In this document: positions 29,801 to 38,728 of the stretch, in pieces
How positions within the stretch are numbered: the first letter of the stretch is position 1
How the letters are laid out: every line of letters starts with the position of its first letter
Source: Fusobacteriia bacterium UBA1095
GTDB lineage: Bacteria > Fusobacteriota > Fusobacteriia > Bac17 > UBA816
Assembly: GCA_002313635.1 (NCBI GenBank)
Contig: DCBY01000005.1
Span: 75,145 to 139,144 of the forward strand
DNA length: 64,000 bases
Direction: 5' to 3'
Position numbers and translations under genes: made by a program
Notes under the pieces: generated by a model
Seen by the model: the letters and a program-made list of their open reading frames with translations, nothing else
What the model was told of the DNA's origin: nothing
Database searches by the model: none

Positions 29801-29979
29801 GCCCCAGCACTATTTACAAGCTTTGACTTAGTTGTATTAACCTTTAAGTTAACACCTGGCATTTTATTTTCTAATATACTAAGTCCGAATACAACTGACA
29901 AAATAGAAATAACAGAAAAAAACAGAATACTCCTTAGCTTCAAATTTATATCTCCTTTTATTTTTTCTAATTCTATCAT
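26824..29979 (-). CDS. Giant polytopic membrane protein with an embedded CPBP (CAAX protease/Abi) intramembrane metalloprotease domain
   Basis: The 1051-aa protein carries CPBP motifs (LEEFFFRG, FGAAH, HFFFD) in a central multi-TM block. Either side has a roughly 200-aa soluble domain plus further TM helices. Confidence 0.6.
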   Translation of the reverse strand: MIELEKIKGDINLKLRSILFFSVISILSVVFGLSILENKMPGVNLKVNTTKSKLVNSAGAYSKEFGFDNYNFDYVVNTDDYYVEYTRLKLNGVESINENIGKYSIYPSSWQFRFFKEDDLKELNLILDMDANKIGFSIKIPDDFEAEDLGESKSRSIADLYFQDWYKKGIYKEVENSKEKKLHHTVYNFVYESDFSLGEAKHRYSVKVIGDKVVSVMPLIKIPKMFSKEYSDIRTKNIITFSLGYIFHIIVSLIAIVVFIYYLSKKKISLLFTVKVLSIFLIGYILMSISNLKNIVFNFYSTSSSLMTFYLQQLVRSISSNLVYLGFFGILIAAAIALDEKAFPNHVNFRQLFSKKFLASKNYLVMVLKGYWIGSINILVAASFYLLASKIGWNPGINLPFNSFNEYFPFTTSSIISLQAGFLEEFFFRGIVIAIAYILSKRYGKIALYLGIIAQAVGFGAAHANYASIPFYFRVVELFLPSLLIFGLSYWMYGLFVGAISHFFFDFILFCYPVVENINYFGYLNVAILGIIGLFPIFIHVLFRYALNVTPEVILNRDAESENCKISPISFNPNAGKNVSSFVILVFSVLLFYNIKSNPKIDKDLIKCSAREFLAEKDFYTENLFVNFEKRCDRLTEALLDGDSNISYENAQNEGLIGNVAYASSKDRKNMISHIVKLKTDGSIIGYESHFDESIEMPSLSKEEAVDVAKKEIKSFYNQDNLKEIGVKLISRPKRTDWDIVFEVTENIRIKVLIAGDRVVTLDKHLYFSERSLKLTNKNWNYIDLIKSVSTLVVSLVVILFIAFGIFNFNSSFIREGVKYSILAFIAFLLSQFNQFSLTLIPLYESIYSKIATLMAVIAIFSLVVFITSLLFYVIFRSLNLSVEVNITKKLLPALTFSSILLWSYNLINTMLGYYDYSIFTGCLPFVNLFSLGFLSFLVYSSLLISTVYVARYFNNAFITILLFAAFGSFINPFNQALSVYIVMSFITFLAAYISYHMGFKNDPSSCILGAGMFVIFSEISKLTEINLYLGFIALSFAISYIVHKICFEKN

Positions 29980-29989
29980 AAAACTGAAT

Positions 29990-32029
29990 TTAGTTCATAG
30001 CACTCTTTTCTTCAAACCTCTTAAATAATTCAAATTCTAGCTCACTACTTAGGCACTCTTTAGATAAAAATGCAATAGCTTCATCTCTTGCTAATTTAAC
30101 TGCTTTTACGTCTTTTAATAGATCAACAAAATACAGATCAGATACACCACTCTGTTTTGTACCCAATATTTCTCCTGCATTCCTTATTTTCAGGTCTTCT
30201 TCTGCAATAGCAAACCCATCTTGTGTTTTCTCTAAAATAGACAATCTTCTTGACTCTCTACTAGAAGGATTTATTAAATAGCAATATGATTTCTTACTTC
30301 CTCTTCCTATTCTCCCTCTTAACTGATGCAATTGAGACAAACCAAATCTATCAGCATTAAAAATTATCATTGTAGTAGCATTAGGAACATTAACACCTAC
30401 TTCTATAACTGTTGTGGAAACTAAAATTTGAATTTCATTATTGTTAAATTTAGATATAACACTCTCTTTTTCTTGACTAGAGATTCTTCCATGAAGTAAT
30501 CCTAACTTATAATTTTGAAAAGTATGCTCTTTAAGATCTGAGTATATAGTCTCTGCGGAGCTAGCTTCAATTTTTTCTGAATCTTCTATTAAAGGTGTAA
30601 CTATATAGCACTGCTCTCCTTTGTCCAAACTAACTTTAACTTTATCAAACATCTTCTGTAAATTAGATAGAGAAATCACTTTAGTTTCTACTTCTTTTCT
30701 TCCTGGAGGAAGCTCATCAATTATTGATATATCTAAATCTCCATATATAGTAAGAGCTAAAGATCGAGGAATAGGTGTAGCACTCATGGCTATCAAATTT
30801 GAAATAATTCCCTTATCTCTTAAAACTTTTCGTTGGTTAACTCCAAACTTGTGCTGCTCATCAATAATAATCAGACCTAAATTTTTGAATATAACCTTAT
30901 CGTATATCAAAGCATGTGTCCCTATTATTATGTCTATTTCACCATTGGATAGAGAGGATAAAATTTTCTCTTTCTCTTTTTTTGTCTGACTACCTGTTAG
31001 TATTCCGACATTTATTTTTAATTTTTCACACTCATCTTTTATATTTAAAAAATGCTGTTCAGCTAAAACTTCTGTAGGAGCCATCAAAGCTGCCTGAAAT
31101 TTATTGGATACCATATATAGCATTAGTACAAAGGCTACAACACTTTTACCACAACCTACATCACCTTGTATAAGTCTGTTGACAATCTTTCCCTGACTTA
31201 TCTCTCTATGAATCTCAGTTATAACCCTTTTTTGAGCAGAAGTTAGTTTAAAAGGAAGTCTATTAAGATAGTTCTTAACAAGATCTCTATTATCTTCTAA
31301 ATCATAGCTTTTACCCTTTATATTTGATAAATTAATTTTTCTTCTTAATATTAAAAATTGTAATAAGAGAAGTTCTTCTATTGCAAATCTTCTTTTAGCT
31401 TTTTCTAGCATAGCATTGTTCGTTGGGAAATGAATTTCTTTCAAGGCCTCTTCTCTACTAATTATTTTATATTTATTCATAATATTTATAGGTATTATTT
31501 CCTTGAAAAATTTAGCAAATTCTAATGCTCCCTTAGATATTTTTCTTCTGGCAGTTTGATTTAGCCCTTTGCATAAAGAGTACACAGGAAGAATTGGAAA
31601 TTCAGAAACTGAAAAAGAGTATTCTGGGTTTACCATTTTAAATCTAGCTTCTCTAGTCGCTTTACCAGTAAGTATAATTTCCATGTCTTTTTTTATACTA
31701 TTTCTTAAATAGGGCATTTGGAACCAGACAGATTCTAAAACTGATGTTCCATCAAAGATATAAGCTTTGAATATTTTTTTGTAATTTTTTGTAGCAAGTA
31801 GCTGTACTCTCAGTACTTTTCCTTTTACAGTAGCTACCTCTCCATCTATAAGTTCGTCTATTTTTTTGAAATTAGTTCTATCTTCATAATAACGCGGAAA
31901 ATCATATAAAAGCTTGAAAGCTGAGTCTATACCAAGAGTTTTTAAGGCTACTAAACCTTTAGGTCCCAGTCCTTTTATTTTGAAATTATCTATATCACAA
32001 AAAAGTTGTTTATATAAATCAATATTCAT
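29990..32029 (-). CDS. recG: ATP-dependent DNA helicase RecG
   Basis: 679 aa; wedge domain plus helicase motifs GDVGCGKS, DEQHKFG, and QLRGRIGRG. Confidence 0.85.
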   Translation of the reverse strand: MNIDLYKQLFCDIDNFKIKGLGPKGLVALKTLGIDSAFKLLYDFPRYYEDRTNFKKIDELIDGEVATVKGKVLRVQLLATKNYKKIFKAYIFDGTSVLESVWFQMPYLRNSIKKDMEIILTGKATREARFKMVNPEYSFSVSEFPILPVYSLCKGLNQTARRKISKGALEFAKFFKEIIPINIMNKYKIISREEALKEIHFPTNNAMLEKAKRRFAIEELLLLQFLILRRKINLSNIKGKSYDLEDNRDLVKNYLNRLPFKLTSAQKRVITEIHREISQGKIVNRLIQGDVGCGKSVVAFVLMLYMVSNKFQAALMAPTEVLAEQHFLNIKDECEKLKINVGILTGSQTKKEKEKILSSLSNGEIDIIIGTHALIYDKVIFKNLGLIIIDEQHKFGVNQRKVLRDKGIISNLIAMSATPIPRSLALTIYGDLDISIIDELPPGRKEVETKVISLSNLQKMFDKVKVSLDKGEQCYIVTPLIEDSEKIEASSAETIYSDLKEHTFQNYKLGLLHGRISSQEKESVISKFNNNEIQILVSTTVIEVGVNVPNATTMIIFNADRFGLSQLHQLRGRIGRGSKKSYCYLINPSSRESRRLSILEKTQDGFAIAEEDLKIRNAGEILGTKQSGVSDLYFVDLLKDVKAVKLARDEAIAFLSKECLSSELEFELFKRFEEKSAMN

Positions 32030-32107
32030 AAAATAGAGTATATCATAGAATGCAGTATGTTCTAAACTAGGAACTTGTCTTATGTTTATCTAAACCATTT
32101 TTTAATA

Positions 32108-32818
32108 TTAAATTTCTTCTATGTTAGAGTATATATTCTGTACATCATCTAAATCATCCATGAAATTTAGCATGTTAATAAATTTTTCTCTCTCTTCTCC
32201 ACCAAGCATGATTGTATTTTGAGGAATCATTGACATACCAACATCTTTTTTCAGATTAATCTTGTCAGATACTTCATAAAGAGAAGACGGATCTGTTAGT
32301 ACCAAATATTTCTCTTTTGCTGTAATAACATCTTCAGCACCTACTTTGAGAGCTAAATTAATTATATCTTCTTCTGAAGATTCTTCTTTATCTACAGATA
32401 TGACACCTTTTTTATCGAAGATCCATGAAACAGATCCTGTTTCACCTAAATTACCACCAAATTTACTAAAAGCATGTCTAATTTCAGAAGCTGTTCTATT
32501 TTTATTATCTGTCAATGTATCCACTATGACAGCGACACCACCTACTCCATAGCCTTCATACCTAACTTCTAGTAAATGAGAGCCTTCGATCTCTCCTGAC
32601 CCTTTTTTTATTGCTTTTTCTATGTTATCTTTAGGCATATTAGATGCTTTTGCTTTACTTATGGCCAATCTCAATCTAGGATTAAAATTAGGGTCTGAGC
32701 CTGATATTTTACAAGCTATAGTTATCTCTTTAGCCAGTTTGGTAAATATTTTTCCTCTTTTAAAATCTTCTTTTTCTTTCTTATGTTTTATGTTAGCAAA
32801 TTTACTATGACCAGCCAT
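32108..32818 (-). CDS. YebC/PmpR family transcriptional regulator
   Basis: The 236-aa protein has MAGHSKFANIKHKK... and the typical YebC length. Confidence 0.85.
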   Translation of the reverse strand: MAGHSKFANIKHKKEKEDFKRGKIFTKLAKEITIACKISGSDPNFNPRLRLAISKAKASNMPKDNIEKAIKKGSGEIEGSHLLEVRYEGYGVGGVAVIVDTLTDNKNRTASEIRHAFSKFGGNLGETGSVSWIFDKKGVISVDKEESSEEDIINLALKVGAEDVITAKEKYLVLTDPSSLYEVSDKINLKKDVGMSMIPQNTIMLGGEEREKFINMLNFMDDLDDVQNIYSNIEEI

Positions 32819-32829
32819 TTAAATTCTCC

Positions 32830-33897
32830 TTATAAATTTTTTGGTCTTACAAGACTTTGAGCTTCATCAAAGGCATTCCTGCCTTCACTAGGGATAATTG
32901 ACCTATCCTTTTTATCCAGAATATCATAAGCAGTGTGACCATAACTATCTTTAGTTAATTTTAGCTTTTCTTTGTCTTCTTCTGTCATTCCTTCAAAAAG
33001 TATTTTTATTGATTCAAGCCCTAATTTAGGTTTAAGTTCTATAAAATCTATTGCCATATGCAGAGAGGTTAACCCTTTACTATCTGTTTCAAACTTATAT
33101 TTCAATGCTTTATCGCTATCAAGTCCTTTTAATAATTCTTTTACTATGCTTATTTTTTTGTTCTGTAAAGCAATATGCAGAGAATTTCTACCATTTTCTA
33201 AAGTTTTCATTTTGTAATTAAAACTTGCTTGTTCATCCATTCCCATTAAAAGTTCTTTTACCATTTGTGGATTATTTGAAGTTTTGGCAATTAAAAAAAG
33301 GGCATTATCTCCCCATAAATTTTTCCAATTTCTGGCAATTTCTCTCTGTTCGTCAGTTATATTTGACATAAACAAATTTAATATTTTTGATGCTCTAGGA
33401 TGCTTAACAAGGAAAAGGGAAAAAAATATTCTGTTTCCCTTTGAATTAGCTATAGTTAAATCAGCTCCTTTTTTAATTAGATTCTCTACAAAATCTGCAA
33501 GCTGATCTTCATTCATATTTTTCTCAGGCCTTGATAAGTCTCTTATAGCTTTAAATAGTATTGTACTTGGCTTACCAAATGAATTATTAAATCGACAATT
33601 AATGTCATCATTTTTATTTTCTACTAATTCCAATATTTTGTCATAGTTATTAGATTGTAAAGCGGCTTTCATTTCAGAACTAGCTTCAGGTAATTCTGAA
33701 ATTATCCTTTTAGAAAAGGCTATCTTCAAACTATTATTCACTGGATTAGTGGCTATATCTTCATCATTCTTAGTTATATTACTCGGTATTTCATTAACAT
33801 TTGATTTACTTTCTTTAGAATCAGATTTAACACATGAAAGTAGAATGAAAAATATTAAATTATACACTATCGTCCTCCTTAAAATAAAAGACATCAC
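32830..33897 (-). CDS. Divergent ankyrin-repeat-like lipoprotein (tandem family member 1)
   Basis: The signal ...FFILLSCVKSD has a lipobox. A low-complexity linker follows, then degenerate ANK-like units (GRNSLHIALQNKKISIVKELLKGL, GLTSLHMAIDF...). Confidence 0.55.
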   Translation of the reverse strand: MMSFILRRTIVYNLIFFILLSCVKSDSKESKSNVNEIPSNITKNDEDIATNPVNNSLKIAFSKRIISELPEASSEMKAALQSNNYDKILELVENKNDDINCRFNNSFGKPSTILFKAIRDLSRPEKNMNEDQLADFVENLIKKGADLTIANSKGNRIFFSLFLVKHPRASKILNLFMSNITDEQREIARNWKNLWGDNALFLIAKTSNNPQMVKELLMGMDEQASFNYKMKTLENGRNSLHIALQNKKISIVKELLKGLDSDKALKYKFETDSKGLTSLHMAIDFIELKPKLGLESIKILFEGMTEEDKEKLKLTKDSYGHTAYDILDKKDRSIIPSEGRNAFDEAQSLVRPKNL

Positions 33898-33951
33898 AAA
33901 TATTGTACTTGCAAATAGTTAAAAAAACAAATTGTGTATACTTTAAATTTA

Positions 33952-34929
33952 CTATTTTACGATAGCTAATTTTTCCGCAAGTTTATTTAATTGATTATCT
34001 ATTGCCAAATTATAAGGAGTTTTACCATAATTATTTTTTTGCTCTTTTAAAATGTTTTTTTCATTTACTATTAAATCTTGAAAAATAAATTCAACTATAT
34101 CTATCCCACTTTGTTCATTTTCCAGAAAAGCTCCTAAAGCCACTTTATGTAATACATTTTCATTTTCATATGTAAGTAAGAGTTTATATTCTTTAGCCTT
34201 TGCCTCACTCATATCTTTTAATAATTCTTTTACAACTTCTTTATTAATTTCAGCAGCTGCATAGTGCAAAGGACTTTCTTTGTATTCATTTTCTACTATC
34301 ATTTTATATTTTGTCTTTTCTTCTCTGCCCATACCATTTAGTAGCTCTCTAACAAAATGTACCCCTAATTTTTGATTTTCAGCTGCAGTATGCAAAAGTG
34401 TACCAAACTTTTTAGCTTTCCATGACCTAACTTTATTTTTTTGCTCTTTAGTTATATTTGCCATAAAGATTTTAAATATATTTAATGCCCCCTCGTTATC
34501 TGATCTAATAAAAGATCTTAAAAGATGACGATCATCATTTAAATGCATAATTGTAAGGTCTGCACCTTTATTAATAAGCTTCATTGCAAAATTATAATCT
34601 TTTATAGAGTTAGCTCTATGAAGTGGAGTTCTAGGGTTTGATAAACCAAATTTAGTACCTTTAGGAAAAGCTGAATTTGCATCTTCACCCTCATCTATAT
34701 ATCTAAGAACTTTTTTATAATTATCTGTTTTAAATGCTTCTAGCATTCTTTTGCTCATAATAGGAAGATCATCTAATTTTTTCTCAGAAAAAGCTATTTT
34801 AATCTTTTTGTTTTTAAATAAATTTTTGACATTAGTTCTTTCTAATTTCTTAGGTAAGCTCTTTTTTATTTCTGATTTCTCATCTGTATTATTACCGCAT
34901 GCCAATAATATTAGTAAAAATAAAATCAC
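33952..34929 (-). CDS. Divergent ankyrin-repeat-like lipoprotein (tandem family member 2)
   Basis: The lipobox is MILFLLILLACGNN. It has ANK-like units (GTLLHTAAENQKLGVHFVRELLNGM, SPLHYAAAEINKEVVKELLKDM) and is collinear with its neighbours. Confidence 0.55.
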   Translation of the reverse strand: MILFLLILLACGNNTDEKSEIKKSLPKKLERTNVKNLFKNKKIKIAFSEKKLDDLPIMSKRMLEAFKTDNYKKVLRYIDEGEDANSAFPKGTKFGLSNPRTPLHRANSIKDYNFAMKLINKGADLTIMHLNDDRHLLRSFIRSDNEGALNIFKIFMANITKEQKNKVRSWKAKKFGTLLHTAAENQKLGVHFVRELLNGMGREEKTKYKMIVENEYKESPLHYAAAEINKEVVKELLKDMSEAKAKEYKLLLTYENENVLHKVALGAFLENEQSGIDIVEFIFQDLIVNEKNILKEQKNNYGKTPYNLAIDNQLNKLAEKLAIVK

Positions 34930-35007
34930 TGTTTTACTCCCCCACCTTTTTAATATTAGTTTAATTAAAGATGTTCAGAGGGCAAATTTATTTTTTAATA
35001 TAATATT

Positions 35008-36249
35008 TTAAGGCTTTAGTAAATCAATAATCTCTTCACTCCTTTTTAATTGAACTGCAATATCGTAAGGAGTCTGTTTTTCATCAAAAATTTCTTTTTG
35101 TTCTTTCATACTTTTTATCTTATCTTTATCTTTTAACATTTCAAAAATTTCACTTATTAAGGCTTGAGTCATATCTTTATCACATCTAGCTATGATGTGC
35201 AATACATTACATCCATTTTTGCTCACTTTCATTATGTAATCACTTTCATTTTCCATACCTTCAAGCACACTCTTAACTAAGGACCAATCTTTAAAAACAA
35301 CATTTGAAGCAGCCAAAAGCAACAAATTATGTCCTACTCCATCTTCCATCATTTTATATTTCCGTATATAAGATGAATCAATACCTCTAAATAATTCCTC
35401 TTCTATCTTTTTATAAATTTCTATTCTGTCACTTGACATAACTGCCATATGCAAGGCATTCCTATCTAAGACTTTAAGCTTTAACAATTTTTTTCTATTT
35501 TCAACCCCTAGGCCGTCCAACATAGCTGTAAGCAATTTAGAGTGGCTTTTATTAATTGCTATAAAGAAGGGGGGGAAAACATTTTGGTTTGACTTCATAA
35601 GATAAGATAGTCTCTTATTATTATCTATTCCCCTAAATAATTCTTCAACTATTTTAGTAGAAATAACTTCGTCTGGATTATTTGCTACTGAATGTAATAA
35701 AGTGGTCCCATCTTTAGCTTCCCAATTCATTAACAGCTCTTTTTCGTCATCTTCAACAGTTGAAATAACCATCTTAAAAATTTTAGGCACAATTTCATAT
35801 CTTGAAGAAGCTAATAATTGTATAAACGAATTTCCGTCTTCTGGATTTACCATCGTTATGTCTATTCCTTTTTGAACAAGCTTCTCAAACAATCCAAAAT
35901 CACCTATGCCAACCGCATAATTAAGAAAATAAAGCCCTAGACAACTTGATCTCACATCTTCATTTTCTGCTAAATTTAATATAATTTTATTTATCTTTTC
36001 TTTTTGTTTCGTATCAAGCCCCCTGAAATATTCAGGTTGATCTATTTCGGGAATTTCATTTACTTTCCTTTCCACTATTTCATCGTCTAGTTCTCCAATA
36101 GCAGCTTTAAATGAAAAAGATTTTTTCTTGCTTTCATCAGGATTATTTTCTGGAACTACCGAATCAGAATTCTCTAATTCTGTGCCATACCGTTTTGTAT
36201 CTGTTTTAGAACGACATGACATTAATATTAATAACAATAAATCAAACAT
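35008..36249 (-). CDS. Divergent ankyrin-repeat-like lipoprotein (tandem family member 3)
   Basis: The ORF extends to 36318, but the lipoprotein signal MFDLLLLILMSC begins at the internal ATG at 36249. It has ANK-like units (TTLLHSVANNPDE..., NALHMAVMSSDRIEIYKKIEEELFRGI). Confidence 0.5.
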   Translation of the reverse strand: MFDLLLLILMSCRSKTDTKRYGTELENSDSVVPENNPDESKKKSFSFKAAIGELDDEIVERKVNEIPEIDQPEYFRGLDTKQKEKINKIILNLAENEDVRSSCLGLYFLNYAVGIGDFGLFEKLVQKGIDITMVNPEDGNSFIQLLASSRYEIVPKIFKMVISTVEDDEKELLMNWEAKDGTTLLHSVANNPDEVISTKIVEELFRGIDNNKRLSYLMKSNQNVFPPFFIAINKSHSKLLTAMLDGLGVENRKKLLKLKVLDRNALHMAVMSSDRIEIYKKIEEELFRGIDSSYIRKYKMMEDGVGHNLLLLAASNVVFKDWSLVKSVLEGMENESDYIMKVSKNGCNVLHIIARCDKDMTQALISEIFEMLKDKDKIKSMKEQKEIFDEKQTPYDIAVQLKRSEEIIDLLKP

Positions 36250-36367
36250 AGGATCACTCACCTTATTTATAAATCTTATTACAAACCCACTGTACAATAC
36301 TTTATAACGCAAACTCAAACAAAAATCAAGTTAAAACCAAAGTCAATAGCTATCATTCAATTAAAAT

Positions 36368-36949
36368 TTATGGCTTGTTGATTAATTCCTTAATCATAAG
36401 CATATCTTTCCAGGTGTGCCATTTTGGCTTCCCTTCTTCCACACTAGGATTTCTAAGTAAATAGCTAGGATGAAGTATGGGTACAACTTTGATACCTCTC
36501 CAATCAAAAATTCTGCCTCTTAGTTTTGTAATTCCATCACTGCCTATAAGATCTGATATTAATGCTTTAGTTGAGATGCTCCCCACTGTTACTATAATTT
36601 TCGGATTTATAATAGCAATTTGTGCATCTATAAATTTAGAACAAGCTTTCATCTCTTTTTGCTCAGGATTTCTATTATTGGGAGGTCTGCACTTAACGAT
36701 ATTTGTTATGAAGACATCTTCTCTTTTGAAACCCGCTGAGTTTAAAATTTTCTCTAAAAGCTTGCCAGCTCTTCCAACAAAAGGTCTACCTTCTTGGTCT
36801 TCTTCTGCTCCAGGTCCTTCACCAATAAGCATAACCTTTGCATTTACGTCACCTTCTCCAGGAACAGTTTTATTTCTAGTTTCATGTAATTTACAGGATT
36901 TACATGCAGCTATTTGGTCACATATTATTTTTAAATTTTCTTTTTTCAT
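36368..36949 (-). CDS. Uracil-DNA glycosylase, family 4 (Fe-S type)
   Basis: The 193-aa protein has cysteines C-x2-C...C and the motifs GEGPGAEEDQEGRPFVGRAG and HPS. Confidence 0.8.
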   Translation of the reverse strand: MKKENLKIICDQIAACKSCKLHETRNKTVPGEGDVNAKVMLIGEGPGAEEDQEGRPFVGRAGKLLEKILNSAGFKREDVFITNIVKCRPPNNRNPEQKEMKACSKFIDAQIAIINPKIIVTVGSISTKALISDLIGSDGITKLRGRIFDWRGIKVVPILHPSYLLRNPSVEEGKPKWHTWKDMLMIKELINKP

Positions 36950-37093
36950 ACCAAAAGATCCTAACAGAATTTTGAATATGTGTGAAGGTATTAGGCAAAT
37001 ATTTTGCCTTTAAGCTATATTTTTAATTTTATAAAAAAATATTTTCAAATGAATAAAAACATATATTTCAATTAAATATGATAAAATTAGGCC

Positions 37094-38272
37094 ATGAACA
37101 AAACTATTTTAAAAAAGAATATACAACTGTTCTATCTATGCTCATTCTTGTTTGAGATATGCAGGACTATATTTTATGGAATTTCTTCCCTATTTCTTCT
37201 GCAAGTATTAAATTTAGATTTGTACCAGATAAGTTTGATAAAGATGTTTGGTCCTATAGCTATTTCGATTTTTGAGATACCCACAGGTATCTTTGCAGAT
37301 AAATTTGGAAGAAAAATCAATTTTATAATAAGTGGGTTTATATCCTCTATAGGTTTTTTGATTTATGCCTTCTCTAGTAATGTATGGCATGCTGCTATTG
37401 CTGAATCACTCTATAGTATTGGATTAGCATTCCAAACAGGATCTTTAGATGCTTTATTAATTTCTCAGGCAAAAGAGTTTAATTTTTCAACATCAAAAAT
37501 TTTGTCTAAGCATCATGTTTACAAAATATCAGGAATAGTCATAGGGGGAACATTAGGAATAATTTTATCCTTTAATAACATGAGACTTCCATGGCTATTT
37601 GGAGCTTTTGGATTTCCAATAGTAGGTTTAATTGCAATGCTTATAGACGGTAGTTCTCAAAAGATAACAAAAAATTTCTCTTCTTTACTTAAAGGTCTAA
37701 GAAATTATTTTAACAACAACAAAGTTATCTATCTTTCAATACTAAATATGGGAATAACTTTAGTGAATATACCTTTTTTCAATTATTGGCAGATATTTAT
37801 GGAAGTAAGCTTAGGAGTAGAGAGAAGAAGTATCCAATTTATAATAATTTTTATTCTTTACAATATATTGATGATATTAGGAAGTCTTTTGGCTCCATAT
37901 TTTGCTAAGAAACTAGGAAACATTAACAATCTTTTTATATTTTCAGTGTTAGTGGCTGTTCCTAGCATAACATTTGTCTTAACCAAAAATTTTTGGATAG
38001 CAATTTTTAGTTTTCTGATCAGCGAATTTGCAAGAGGAGTTTTCTTGCCATCATTTTTCTTCATATTCAATAAAAATATAGAGGAGAAAGGTAGGTCCAT
38101 CTATTTATCACAACTCTCCATGATAACAAGGCTATTTTCAATACTAGCGCACTTAACATCTTCTATTGTTGCTAAACATACCAACGACATTGAACTTAAT
38201 ATATACATATTATCTCTAGTCGGCTTGGCAATGTCGCTAACATCTTTAATAGCCATGAAAAGAAAGCAATAA
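37094..38272 (+). CDS. MFS-type transporter
   Basis: The 392-aa protein has about 12 TM helices and the MFS signature GIFADKFGRK between TM2 and TM3. Confidence 0.75.
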   Translation: MNKTILKKNIQLFYLCSFLFEICRTIFYGISSLFLLQVLNLDLYQISLIKMFGPIAISIFEIPTGIFADKFGRKINFIISGFISSIGFLIYAFSSNVWHAAIAESLYSIGLAFQTGSLDALLISQAKEFNFSTSKILSKHHVYKISGIVIGGTLGIILSFNNMRLPWLFGAFGFPIVGLIAMLIDGSSQKITKNFSSLLKGLRNYFNNNKVIYLSILNMGITLVNIPFFNYWQIFMEVSLGVERRSIQFIIIFILYNILMILGSLLAPYFAKKLGNINNLFIFSVLVAVPSITFVLTKNFWIAIFSFLISEFARGVFLPSFFFIFNKNIEEKGRSIYLSQLSMITRLFSILAHLTSSIVAKHTNDIELNIYILSLVGLAMSLTSLIAMKRKQ

Positions 38273-38277
38273 CATTA

Positions 38278-38544
38278 TCAGAATTTGAAATCTTTGACTA
38301 ATAATTTTATGGCTGTTTTGTTCTTACCATCTATTTCAACATCAACAAATGAAGGTATTGCTACTATCTCCCTTCCGGTAGATACAACAAAACCTCTTGC
38401 TATTGCTATTGCTTTAACTGCTTGATTGACAGCTCCAGCACCTATAGCTTGTACTTCTACGGCCCCACCCCTTTTCACTACAGAAGCAACCGCTCCAGCT
38501 ACCGAATTCGGACTTGAATTAGCCGAAACTTTTAGTACTTCCAC
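38278..38544 (-). CDS. SpoVS-family protein (stage V sporulation protein S homolog)
   Basis: The 88-aa protein reads MEVLKVSANSSPNSVAGAVASVVKRGGAVEVQAIGAGAVNQAVKAIAIARGF... and is SpoVS-like throughout. Confidence 0.7.
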   Translation of the reverse strand: MEVLKVSANSSPNSVAGAVASVVKRGGAVEVQAIGAGAVNQAVKAIAIARGFVVSTGREIVAIPSFVDVEIDGKNKTAIKLLVKDFKF

Positions 38545-38728
38545 AAAAACAGACCCCCTTTTCTTCTTAAATAAAAAAAGTATCTTAATAAAAAAATAAG
38601 ACAGAATACCTTGTAAAACAATATATTTGTGTTGCGTCTATACTAAATCTTATGCTGTAGTTATTCTTCTTGTTATTATATATTATTTTCATTTCTATTT
38701 CAACTATAGCGACCCTTGTCTGCTAGGA

